Below are positions 1 to 9,079 of a DNA stretch of 64,000 nt, in pieces. A program made the translations under genes and the position numbers. The first letter of the stretch is position 1, and the number at the start of each line of letters is the position of its first letter. Where the stretch lies: the NCBI GenBank assembly GCA_034669905.1, contig JAXMOL010000033.1, positions 8,690 to 72,689 of the forward strand. The letters run 5' to 3'. Source of the stretch: Candidatus Hydrogenedentota bacterium (GTDB lineage: Bacteria; Hydrogenedentota; Hydrogenedentia; Hydrogenedentales; JAEUWI01). The notes beneath the pieces were generated by a model that saw only the letters and a list, made by a program, of their open reading frames with translations, was not told the origin of the DNA and did not search any database.

Positions 1-1
1 C

Positions 2-223
2 ACGCCCTACACCAAGCTGGAGGCCAACATCGATATCAACGCGTTGAACGAAAAGACGGCCCTGGGTGCGCAGGAATCGCTGGAGATGGATTTCAGTACC
101 TTTGACGAAATGCCCATGGATGAGTTTAACCGCATAATCTGGGCCCTCGCCAAGGGACCGGACAGTGAGATGCCTTTGCCCGTGCACCGTTTTGTCGCCG
201 CGAGTCTGGTGGAGGCAGAATAG
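2..223 (+). CDS. 3' end of a CDS entering from the left, possibly the C-terminus of a YncE-propeller/phosphoesterase-family protein
   Basis: Frame 2 is open from the window edge (TPYTKLEANIDINALNEKT...MDFSTFDEMPMDEFNRIIW...) to TAG at 221-223. The family call rests on this short C-terminal pattern only. Confidence 0.55.
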   Translation, partial: TPYTKLEANIDINALNEKTALGAQESLEMDFSTFDEMPMDEFNRIIWALAKGPDSEMPLPVHRFVAASLVEAE

Positions 224-372
224 GGAATTTAGAATTTAGAATGTGCGTGCAGCGTCAGTCGGAGGCGGAGAGGCATGTTATTCACGATTCAAAATTCTCT
301 ATTCGACCAGGCGGAAACCTTGTCCATGAATTTCCTCGCCACGTGTAAATTCCCAATGTACTACTCCAATTT

Positions 373-1125
373 CTAAATCCCGCCCTCGGCTTCAAGCCGT
401 TCAGGAACGGCATTGCCTTCCACGCGAAATTCCACCGGGATGCCGAGGCATTCGCGAATTGCATTGGCCAGGGGGCGCGCTGTTTCTACGGTGGCGATGT
501 AGTTGCTTTCCGGTGCATAGACTTCGTGGTACACGGTGAGGCGATGTGGCGCGAACTGGCACCAGCCCGTTTCCATCAGGGTCATCGGAGGGGTTACAGA
601 CTGTGCCTGAAGCTGGAGTTCCACGCCCACCACGTCGCGGAAGTGTCTCCGCACGGTATTTCCGTCCTCATCGACGATATCCAGCGAAGTGGACGTTTCC
701 CCCAGTTCATGGTGGAACTGCACCACGAAAGAGACGGGTTCCGTCAGCAGATAGGTCCGCTGCCTCCCGCCACGGGCATGGTGCTCCAGCACCAGCGTAT
801 CGCCATCCCGCCGCCGCAGGATGGCTTCCCGAAAGCCCATGATACCCAGACCTTGCTGAAGCACCGCGAGGCAAAAGAATGTGCCGAGGCCAGTGACCAG
901 AAGGTGAACGCCCCAATGCAAGGTGTAGTCCGTTTGGTAGAGGGCCGCCAGGAGAATGACGTAGAGGCCCAGCGGCAGGAAGGCAAACAGGAGGAGGGCG
1001 AGCAACCAAAGGCCCCGCAAGTCGTACCGGGGAGACCGGACCTCCAATCGAATGCTACGGGAATCAAGCCGTGCGCGATATAGACCTTCGGTGTCGGGTA
1101 GAGGGATTTCGTGCAAATTGTTCAT
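373..1125 (-). CDS. Hypothetical membrane protein (two TM helices)
   Basis: 250-aa ORF with two hydrophobic segments (LWLLALLLFAFLPLGLYVILLAAL; VHLLVTGLGTFFCLAVL). GGAG upstream. Alternative TTG start at 1134. Confidence 0.65.
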   Translation of the reverse strand: MNNLHEIPLPDTEGLYRARLDSRSIRLEVRSPRYDLRGLWLLALLLFAFLPLGLYVILLAALYQTDYTLHWGVHLLVTGLGTFFCLAVLQQGLGIMGFREAILRRRDGDTLVLEHHARGGRQRTYLLTEPVSFVVQFHHELGETSTSLDIVDEDGNTVRRHFRDVVGVELQLQAQSVTPPMTLMETGWCQFAPHRLTVYHEVYAPESNYIATVETARPLANAIRECLGIPVEFRVEGNAVPERLEAEGGI

Positions 1126-1260
1126 GGCGGACAATCTCCGCAGGTGATCCAGCCCCCATCAGCCCCCCTTTAGTTCCAGCATAGACCCTTTCCCGGTGGG
1201 CGTCAAGACCAATGTTGAAAACAAGTCGCCGGGTTCCTATAGAGCGCGGCGAATCCACCC

Positions 1261-2688
1261 TTACGCGAGTACTTTCTCCACCACTTTTCCCGCTACATCC
1301 GTGAGGCGATAGTCCCGGCCCTGATGGCGGTAGGTGAGGCGTTCGTGGTTGATGCCGAGGCAATGGAGTATCGTGGCCTGCAGGTCGTGGACGTGGACGG
1401 GGTCTTCGGTGATGTGGAAGCCGAGCTCGTCGGTGGCGCCGACGACGGTGCCGGGTTTGATGCCGCCACCGGCCATCCACAGGCTGAAGGCAAAGGGATG
1501 GTGGTCCCGTCCTTCCTGACCCGGGGTGTTTCCCCGACGGATTTCATTCATGGGGGTTCGCCCAAATTCTCCGCCCCAGATAACCAACGTTTCGTCGAGG
1601 AGTCCCCGTTGTTTCAAATCCTTAATCAGCGCCGCGCAGGGCAGGTCGGTCATGGCGCAGTTTATCTTCAGGTTTTTGTTCAGCTCCGAGTGGTCGTCCC
1701 ACGTGGAGTGGTAAAGCTGCACAAAGCGCACGCCCCGCTCCACCATGCGCCGGGCCATGAGGCAGTTGGTGCCAAAGGGCGTGGTGATATCCTGGTCGAG
1801 GCCATACATCTTTTTCGTGGCGTCGGTCTCGTCGGAAAAATCCAACAGGCCCGGGACGGACAGCTGCATGTTGAAGGCCATTTCATAGGCCGCGATGCGC
1901 GAGGCGATTTCCTGGTCGCCCGTTTTTTCCAGATGGTGTTGATTGAGATCGGCCAGGGCATCGATGCGGGCCCGCTGGGCATCGTGACTGACGCCTTTCG
2001 GGTTAGAGAGGTAGAGCACAGGGTCGCCACTGCTCCGAAAGGTAACCCCCCGATGGGACGAGGGCAGAAAACCATTGGACCAATTGGAAGAGCCGCCGTC
2101 GATACCCTTGCCCGAGTCGGAGGTGAGGACCACGAATCCGGGCAGGTTGTCGCATTCGCTGCCGAGTCCATAGCTCACCCAGCTTCCCATAGCGGGGTGG
2201 CCAAAGCGGGGCACGCCGCAATTCATCAATAACTGGGCGGGGTGGTGATTGCTCACGTCGGTGTGCATGGAGTGGACCATGCAAAGTTCATCGGCGATGG
2301 ATCCGGTGTGGGGCAGAAAGTCAGAGAACTCCATGCCGCTCTCGCCATAGTGCTGGAAGGTGCGGGGACTGGCAAAGACCTGGGCCGTGCTCTTCATGAG
2401 CTGGTCCTGGAGGCCTTTCATAAAGTGTGCGGGCACCGGGGTGCCGTGCCACTTGGTCATAATGGGTTTGGGGGCGATGAGATCATATTGAGACGGCGCG
2501 CCCGCCATAAAGAGGTAGATGACATTCTTTGCCCGGGGCGCAATGTGGGGGACGAGGGATTCTGCCGCCTGGGCCGCCCGGCCTTCCCGGGAAAGGAGGC
2601 CGTGCAGGGCGATGGTACCGATGCCGCCCGCGCACGAGCGAAAAAAATCCCGTCGGCTCTGGATGCTGCGAAAGCGTTGGGTGTCCAT
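1261..2688 (-). CDS. DUF1501 (sulfatase-like) protein with Tat signal
   Basis: Start MDTQRF; twin-arginine SRRDFF; motifs AKNVIYLFMAGAPSQ, RRMVERGVRFVQL, WGGEFGRTP, GRDHH, VHVHDLQATILHCLG. 4 nt downstream of the PSD1 gene, the usual pairing. Confidence 0.9.
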   Translation of the reverse strand: MDTQRFRSIQSRRDFFRSCAGGIGTIALHGLLSREGRAAQAAESLVPHIAPRAKNVIYLFMAGAPSQYDLIAPKPIMTKWHGTPVPAHFMKGLQDQLMKSTAQVFASPRTFQHYGESGMEFSDFLPHTGSIADELCMVHSMHTDVSNHHPAQLLMNCGVPRFGHPAMGSWVSYGLGSECDNLPGFVVLTSDSGKGIDGGSSNWSNGFLPSSHRGVTFRSSGDPVLYLSNPKGVSHDAQRARIDALADLNQHHLEKTGDQEIASRIAAYEMAFNMQLSVPGLLDFSDETDATKKMYGLDQDITTPFGTNCLMARRMVERGVRFVQLYHSTWDDHSELNKNLKINCAMTDLPCAALIKDLKQRGLLDETLVIWGGEFGRTPMNEIRRGNTPGQEGRDHHPFAFSLWMAGGGIKPGTVVGATDELGFHITEDPVHVHDLQATILHCLGINHERLTYRHQGRDYRLTDVAGKVVEKVLA

Positions 2689-2692
2689 GGGC

Positions 2693-5242
2693 CTATTCCT
2701 TCGTGATGAATTCGTCGAGATTAAGTATGACACTACACACCATGACCCAGGCGGCCGACTCGGGTTCCTCCTGGAGGGGCGCGAAGTCACGCACCATGGC
2801 TGGGATGGAATCCGGTGAAGCGGCGCGGCGGGAATGCTCCTCGTCGAAATAGCGACGTAGCCGTTCGCGCTCGGTGGCATCGGGATAGCGCGCGAGACAA
2901 CGGAGGAAGGCGTCGTCCAGTCGGGCATCCCAATCGGTGATGGGGATGGTCGTTGCCGCGAGATGGCGTGCCGCGTCGACGAAGGTGACATCATTGAGCA
3001 GGTTCAGGGCCTGGAGGGGGGTGTTGGAACGTTCCCGTCGGGTGCAGGCCCGGTTGGTGTCGGGGAAATCGAAGTTGACGGATTGGCCAAAGGGCGACGT
3101 GCGCTGAATAAAGGTGTAAAGTCCCCGGCGATAGCGGTCTGGCCCTTCGTCCGCGACCCAGGTCTGGTCAAAGGCTTCCTTGGTCACACTGTCAGGCTGG
3201 GGTGGCCGCACGCTGGGTCCGCCAATGGCCCGGTGCAGGAGACCACTCGCCGCGAGGGCATTGTCCCGCGTGAGCTCGGCCGAAAGACGGGCGCGGTTCT
3301 GGCGCGCCAGCAAGACGTTCCCGGGATCCTGTTCCTGGCGGTCGGCGCGCGCGTCGGATTGCTGGCGGTAGGTGGACGATAGGACCATGGTCTTGAGGAG
3401 GGCCTTCACGTCCCAGCCACTTTCCACGAAGTGGACGGCGAGCCAATCCAGCAAATCAGGATGGCTTGGGCGGGCACCCCGTACCCCGAAGTCATCAGAC
3501 GTGGCCACGATGCCCCGACCAAAGAGTTCCTGCCAGAAGCGGTTGACGGTCACCCGCGGGGTGAGGGGATTCTCGGGGGCGACGAGCCACTGGGCCAGAT
3601 CGAGTCGGTCCGGTGGGCCATCGGGCGTGAAGGGATGGAGGGCTTCCGGCGTGCCCATGCCGACGGGTTCTTTGGGTGCGCGAAAATCGCCACGGTGCAT
3701 AATGTGGGTTGGGCGCGGGTCGCGACTTGCCCGCATGGCCGGTGCGCGGCTCATGGGGGGAATGGCTTTTTTCAGTTCCGCAATCCGGGCGGCCAGTTCG
3801 CTGATTTTCAGTTCCTTGAAGCGGGCTTCATCCACGAGGCTGCCTCGGGAAAAAAAGTAGTCCTGCAAGCGGAACTGCTCATCCAGCGTACGTTCGGCTA
3901 CGGGTTTCCGGACGATATAGGTGCCTTCCAATTGGCCTTCGCCGAAGTTTTGGCCCCAGATTAACCCCAGGACTTCCCAGGCGCGGTCCCAGTGGTAATT
4001 GCCTTCGCCCGGGTGGTCGGCGGCCCACATCATTTTCTCTTCCCACTGGCCCTGCAATGCGGCCAGCGCGTCGGCCACGGGTTCGAGGAGGGCGATGCGG
4101 GCGGCGGCGTATTCGTTCCACGCCGCTTCATAGGGGGCGGCCTGGCCGGGGAGGGGAGCGTTAATGTTCACCTCATCGGCGTTATTGAAGAAGGCATAGA
4201 ACGCATAGAACTCGCGCTGGGAGATGGGGTCGTACTTGTGATCGTGGCACCGGGCGCACTCCATGGTCTCCGCGAGCCACACGGTGCCCACCGATATGAC
4301 CCGCTCGGTGGCCTGCATGACCCGGTACTCTTCCAGGTCGGCACCGCCCTCCCGATTGGCGAGGGTATTGCGCAAGAAGCCCGTGCCCATCTGTTGATCC
4401 ACCGTGGCCTGGGGCAAGAGGTCGCCCGCGATCTGACGGATCGTGAATTGGTCGAAGGGGAGGTTGGCGTTCAGGGCATCCACCACCCACTGGCGATAGC
4501 GCCAGGCCTGGGGGCGTTGGAAGTCGGAGAGGAAGCCATCGCTGTCCGCGTAGCCCGCGAGGTCGAGCCACCACCGGGCCCACTTTTCACCGAAGTGGGG
4601 GGAGGCCAGCAAGCGATCTACCTGGCGCGCATAGGCGTCGGGTGACGTGTCGGAGAGAAAGGTAAGTAGGTCGTCGGTGCTTGGCGGCAGTCCGATCAGG
4701 TCGAGGTGGAGCCGTCGGAGAAGCGTCCGTTTGTCGGCTTCGGGCGACGGGTGGGTACCGGCTTTTTCCAGTCGGGCGAGGATGAAGGCGTCGATGGCAT
4801 TACGTGGCCAGTCGACATTCGTCACGGCCGGTGGCGCGGGCCGGTTGGGTGGGGTATAGGCCCAGTGTGTTTCCCAGGGCGCGCCGGCATCAATCCACGC
4901 ACCGAGGCGCGCGATCTGGGTTTCGCTCAGGCCGTCGCCCGTCTCCAACGGGGGCATGCGGTCGTCGTCGGTGGCGTTGATGCGCTGAAAGAGGGCGCTC
5001 CCATGTCGGTCCCCCGGTATGACGGCAATGGCCTCTGATTTCAACAGCGCCTTGGCGCCTGCTTCTGTGTCAAGGCGCAGGCCTGCCTCCCGCGCGGCGC
5101 CATCGGCACCGTGGCACTTGAAACAGTGGTCGGCGAGGATAGGGAGGATGTCGCGATTAAAGCGGGGGGCTTCCGCAAATGCGGCGAAAGGCGTTCCCAG
5201 CAGGTGGAGGGACAAGAGGCCGAGTAGTATGGTCCGAATCAC
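2693..5242 (-). CDS. Planctomycete cytochrome c / PSD1 protein (PSCyt1, DUF1549, DUF1553)
   Basis: GTG start with GAGG RBS; signal peptide; FNRDILPIL..CFKCH, second heme motif CARCH, WLDLAGYADS, PSHPDLLDWLA, RSNTPLQAL. Confidence 0.9.
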   Translation of the reverse strand: MIRTILLGLLSLHLLGTPFAAFAEAPRFNRDILPILADHCFKCHGADGAAREAGLRLDTEAGAKALLKSEAIAVIPGDRHGSALFQRINATDDDRMPPLETGDGLSETQIARLGAWIDAGAPWETHWAYTPPNRPAPPAVTNVDWPRNAIDAFILARLEKAGTHPSPEADKRTLLRRLHLDLIGLPPSTDDLLTFLSDTSPDAYARQVDRLLASPHFGEKWARWWLDLAGYADSDGFLSDFQRPQAWRYRQWVVDALNANLPFDQFTIRQIAGDLLPQATVDQQMGTGFLRNTLANREGGADLEEYRVMQATERVISVGTVWLAETMECARCHDHKYDPISQREFYAFYAFFNNADEVNINAPLPGQAAPYEAAWNEYAAARIALLEPVADALAALQGQWEEKMMWAADHPGEGNYHWDRAWEVLGLIWGQNFGEGQLEGTYIVRKPVAERTLDEQFRLQDYFFSRGSLVDEARFKELKISELAARIAELKKAIPPMSRAPAMRASRDPRPTHIMHRGDFRAPKEPVGMGTPEALHPFTPDGPPDRLDLAQWLVAPENPLTPRVTVNRFWQELFGRGIVATSDDFGVRGARPSHPDLLDWLAVHFVESGWDVKALLKTMVLSSTYRQQSDARADRQEQDPGNVLLARQNRARLSAELTRDNALAASGLLHRAIGGPSVRPPQPDSVTKEAFDQTWVADEGPDRYRRGLYTFIQRTSPFGQSVNFDFPDTNRACTRRERSNTPLQALNLLNDVTFVDAARHLAATTIPITDWDARLDDAFLRCLARYPDATERERLRRYFDEEHSRRAASPDSIPAMVRDFAPLQEEPESAAWVMVCSVILNLDEFITKE

Positions 5243-5336
5243 AGAAAATACCTCGTACAATAGAATCTGAGCGCAGCCCCACAATGTCACTATAGATTAC
5301 GGTACTGACTTTCGGCGGGAAAGGCAAGGGGAGCTT

Positions 5337-5420
5337 TGAAGGGTGAAGGGTGAAGGGTGAAGGGTGAAGGGTGAAGGGTGAAGGGTGAAGGGTGAAGGGT
5401 GAAGGGTGAAGGGTGAAGGG
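5337..5420 (+). repeat. Perfect heptanucleotide tandem repeat (TGAAGGG)12
   Basis: 84 bp, 12 exact units, between divergent genes. Confidence 0.97.
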
Positions 5421-5492
5421 CGGCGGTTGGTGCTTGGGCGTGTTGCCGCGTACAATGGCGTCTCTCTATACGTTGGTCACGGAAGGATATTC

Positions 5493-6350
5493 ATGAAGAA
5501 ATGTATCAGTTATTGGACGCTCGGCGGATTCGAGGGCGAAGTTCCTGTAGTGGAGGCGGCACAGGCGGCCCACGATCTGGGTTTTGACGCCATTGAATTG
5601 TGCTATGGCGCGGGAGAGTTGGTGCCGGAAGCCACGCCGGAGACCCTGGCGGAGATTCGTCGGGCGTGTGAAGCCATCGGTATTGCATTGCCGTCGTTGT
5701 GCTCGGGAAACTACTGGAGCATTTCGCTGTGCTCGGAAGACGAAAGCGAGCGGCAGGCTGCCTTAGAATTTAGCAAAGCCTATATCGGGTGCGCAGCAGC
5801 GCTGGGTGCCGACACGGTCTTAGTGCTGCCGGGTACGGTGGAAGTGCCGTGGAATCCGGAGCGTCCTGTTGTGCCGGCGAAACGTGCGTGGGAGCTTGCC
5901 CAGCAATCGCTGACGGAATTGATTCCCGTGGCGGAATCCCACGGCGTGGTCATGGCCCTGGAAAACGTGTGGAGCAAATTCCTCACGGGCCCCTTCGAGT
6001 TTGCGGCCTTCGTCGATGCCTTGTCGTCGCCCTGGGTGAAGTGCTATTTCGACGTGGGCAACGTGGCGATTAACGGTTATCCGGAGCACTGGATCGAGAT
6101 CCTGGGGGACCGCATTGCGCGCGTCCACGTGAAAGGTTTCAAGGGGCACGATGGCGGCGGCACGCTGGCCGACTTCACGGAAAGCCATTTCGACAGCACC
6201 ATTAACTGGACGGCCGTGCTGGCGGCCTTACGTGCGATTGGCTACGACAGCTACCTCACCGCCGAGCTGATTGTCAGTGCGAATGGCCTGCCGGACAAGG
6301 CGCTGGCGGAGAAGGCGGCGAAAGAGTTGAGTGAACTCATCACCATGTAG
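5493..6350 (+). CDS. Sugar phosphate isomerase/epimerase (xylose-isomerase-like TIM barrel)
   Basis: GFDAIEL, ALENVW, YFDVGN, RVHVKGF, LTAEL metal-binding motifs; GGAAGG RBS; TACAAT -10-like hexamer at 5451. Confidence 0.85.
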   Translation: MKKCISYWTLGGFEGEVPVVEAAQAAHDLGFDAIELCYGAGELVPEATPETLAEIRRACEAIGIALPSLCSGNYWSISLCSEDESERQAALEFSKAYIGCAAALGADTVLVLPGTVEVPWNPERPVVPAKRAWELAQQSLTELIPVAESHGVVMALENVWSKFLTGPFEFAAFVDALSSPWVKCYFDVGNVAINGYPEHWIEILGDRIARVHVKGFKGHDGGGTLADFTESHFDSTINWTAVLAALRAIGYDSYLTAELIVSANGLPDKALAEKAAKELSELITM

Positions 6351-6457
6351 TGCGCTTGATCCTTGTGGATTGGTGTTTTCCGGGGCACTCGTTCTAAGGT
6401 TTTGGAAAAGTGGTGGTGTTAAATAACCGGATTTTATGAAGCCGGATAAACTTCGCT

Positions 6458-6630
6458 ACGTGCCGCGCGATCCCCAAAAGGCGAGTATCAACGAGTCCTG
6501 ACGGGTTCGTGCGTGTGTCGTCGTATCGAACACGCAATGAGCAATGGCAAGGGCCAGTTTGTTGCTCCAATCGCACGAACTCTCCTACGGCGAGTCTTCG
6601 ACCCTCGTTCCTCGGGATCGCGCGGCACGT
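6458..6630. other. Structured intergenic element (REPIN/MITE-like or ncRNA)
   Basis: Perfect 17-bp terminal inverted repeat ACGTGCCGCGCGATCCC / GGGATCGCGCGGCACGT; inner IR GTTCGTGCG/CGCACGAAC; internal hairpins. Confidence 0.6.
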
Positions 6631-6686
6631 CCGATATCATTCATAACGAGAAATACTATAGGCTTCCCCACTTTTGCCCTGACGCC

Positions 6687-8927
6687 TCATTTTTCGGTCT
6701 CCATCACGATGCGGAGTCCGAAGCCCACGCCGGGCGCATAGCCATAGCGCGCCGCCGAGCGAATAAAGGCGGCCTTGCTTTTGGACTGGCCGCCCCGCAA
6801 TACCTTAGCCCCGTTTCCGGGCGGCCCCGTTGGGTCGGTCACGGGCTCCGTGCTGTAGCGTCTTCCCACGTTGTCGAGGCAATACTGGGCCTGGTTGCCG
6901 TGCATGTCATAGAGTCCCCAGGGGTTGGGCGGATACTGGGCCACGGACACGTTCTTACCGATGTAGTTGCCCGCCGGATTGAAGCGGGTTGCTTGTTTGC
7001 CGTCAAAGTTCGCCTGGTCCGTGGAGATGGTGTCCCCCGTGTAGAAGGCGGTGGTCGTGCCGGCGCGACAGGCGTACTCCCATTCCGCTTCGGTGGGAAG
7101 GCGGAAGGTGCGCCCGGTTTTCTGGCTCAGCAATTCGCAGAACTCAACGCCCTCAAACCAGGTCACTTCGTGGGCCGGAAAATTTTCCTGCCCTTTCCGG
7201 GTGCGCCGTTCCGTGGGCCCCATGACGGTGACATACTGACGGTTGGTGATGAGGGTCGTGCCCATGAAGAAGGGCCGGCTGATGGTGACGGGCTGTTGGG
7301 GGTGTTCTTCCGGTTCGCCGCCCTCACTCTCCGGGGAGCCCATGAGAAAGGTGCCCGCGGGAATGGGCGCGAGGTCGAGGTGGATCGTGTCGCCAAGCCA
7401 TACGCGCGCGATGCCGTCCTGCGCGTCGATGCGCACGTCCATGGCGGCAAGCTTGGCATCCCGCGCCGCTTTGTGCGCCTCCGCTTCGGCCTTCATGCGC
7501 GCGTCGTAGGCGTTCTTTCCGTCCATGGTCCGCTGTAGGGCCGCCTGCTGTTGCGCGAGGAAGGGAGCCTTTTCCAGCTGCACGTTTTCCTCGGGATGGC
7601 GGGGGTTCGTACCGTTCAGGTATTCCTCGAGGTTGGGGTAGCCATCGCCATCGGGATCGTTGAGGTAGTCCTCCATGGCGACCGTGTCGAGGTCGTGTTC
7701 CAATTCCCAGGCATCCGGCATGCCGTCTCCATCGGTGTCCGCTGGTGGGTCGTCACTCACCAGCTCGGGCCAGCCGCCCACGTCCTTCGGGGAGTCGATG
7801 ATGCGCCCCGTGCCGGTGCGGATTTCTTCCAGGAGCCGTGCGTCGGCGCTATCGCGTCGGGGCAAGGTCGCGCCGGATTCCGCCAGCACCCTTTCGAATG
7901 CTTCTGAAGCGCTCTCCGTGGCAACGGCGACGGTGGGAAAAGGGGCATCCACGGTGACGATGTCTCGTATGGTCTCCGCTTCAAATCCGCGGAGGGGTTT
8001 CAGAAGCAGGTGGTTGTTGGCTGTTTCATCGGATTGCCCTTCCAGCACATTGCCCTCAAGAAAAATGCGGGGTGCATCATCGCCGGGTTCAAAGACATAG
8101 GTGCGCACGGACTTGCGAGTGGACGGTCCCGCCTTGAAGTAGTTGTTGATGTAGTTGATGAAGCCCGGTCCCTGGGTGGTGTAGCCACCGCGATAGCCCC
8201 AGTTGTAGACGATGTTGTTGCGGAAATCGAGGACGATATTGTTGACCCGGGCGTTGCGCGCGGCGTTGTGGGCATAGATGTTGTGGTGGAGCGAGAAGCC
8301 CCCTTTTCCATCGAGGATGGAGCCCTTGCTGTGCTCGCCTTTCGGGTGAAAGGAGCGGGAGAGGCCCTCGGCGATGATGCTCCACTGAACCGTGATATTG
8401 GATGCGCCGAAGGTGCTGAGCACTTCGTCGACGGCCCAGGTCATGGAGCAGTGATCGAGGATGACGTTGTTGCCGCCAAAAATGCCTACGGTCAGTTGTT
8501 CTTCCTGCGGGGCGTCACCCGAGCGCATGCGCAGGTGTCGCAGGATAACATCGTGGGTTGCGACGACGAACATGTGGTCTTTGAGCGCAATGCCATCGCC
8601 GGGTGCGGTCTGTCCGGCGATGGTGACGAAGGGATGGCGCACATAGAGGTCTGTTTTCAGGGCGATGGTGCCACTGACGCGAAACAGAATGTAGCGGGGC
8701 CCTTTGGCATCGATGGCCGCGCGCAGGCTCCCGGCCACAGGGCCTTCCTCGCCGGGCACATAGTCTTCCAGGGTGGTGACGAAGTGTATGGAGCCGCCCC
8801 GGCCCCCCGGCGTGGTGGCGCCGAATCCTTCGGCTTCGGGAAAGGCGCGAAGCAGGTGCTCCTGTGCGGGCACTGCGGTTGCACAGAGAAAGAGTAGGAA
8901 GACAGCGGGCCATCGGTGGTACAGCAT
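6687..8927 (-). CDS. Secreted pectate lyase (PL1-like beta-helix) fused to an FGE-sulfatase-like domain
   Basis: Signal peptide; AFPEAEGFGATTPGGRGG, DHCSMTWAVDE; Ca-binding DTDGDGMPDAWE / DPDGDGYPNLEEY; C-terminal FRLPTEAEWEYACRAG and PNPWGLYDMHGN. Confidence 0.85.
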   Translation of the reverse strand: MLYHRWPAVFLLFLCATAVPAQEHLLRAFPEAEGFGATTPGGRGGSIHFVTTLEDYVPGEEGPVAGSLRAAIDAKGPRYILFRVSGTIALKTDLYVRHPFVTIAGQTAPGDGIALKDHMFVVATHDVILRHLRMRSGDAPQEEQLTVGIFGGNNVILDHCSMTWAVDEVLSTFGASNITVQWSIIAEGLSRSFHPKGEHSKGSILDGKGGFSLHHNIYAHNAARNARVNNIVLDFRNNIVYNWGYRGGYTTQGPGFINYINNYFKAGPSTRKSVRTYVFEPGDDAPRIFLEGNVLEGQSDETANNHLLLKPLRGFEAETIRDIVTVDAPFPTVAVATESASEAFERVLAESGATLPRRDSADARLLEEIRTGTGRIIDSPKDVGGWPELVSDDPPADTDGDGMPDAWELEHDLDTVAMEDYLNDPDGDGYPNLEEYLNGTNPRHPEENVQLEKAPFLAQQQAALQRTMDGKNAYDARMKAEAEAHKAARDAKLAAMDVRIDAQDGIARVWLGDTIHLDLAPIPAGTFLMGSPESEGGEPEEHPQQPVTISRPFFMGTTLITNRQYVTVMGPTERRTRKGQENFPAHEVTWFEGVEFCELLSQKTGRTFRLPTEAEWEYACRAGTTTAFYTGDTISTDQANFDGKQATRFNPAGNYIGKNVSVAQYPPNPWGLYDMHGNQAQYCLDNVGRRYSTEPVTDPTGPPGNGAKVLRGGQSKSKAAFIRSAARYGYAPGVGFGLRIVMETEK

Positions 8928-9079
8928 GGTAGGTAATTCCTGGATTTCTGGTCGTGACAGACGTTTCCCAGCGGGTTTCAGTGCAACCGAGGGATTGGGG
9001 GTCACTATAGGGAATTGGCGCCGGATACTACAATCCGACCAGCGTCAGGAAGGGGATGAGCCGCCTCGTACCCATGGTC

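Noticed and set aside
1261-5242. PSD1 cytochrome + DUF1501 pair as novel
   Set aside because: This is a well-known, highly paralogous gene pair in PVC-like bacteria, although its function is unknown.
5337-5420. Heptamer repeat as a CRISPR array or as coding sequence
   Set aside because: There are no spacers. The isomerase has a better start with RBS at 5493, so the 5406 start is not used.
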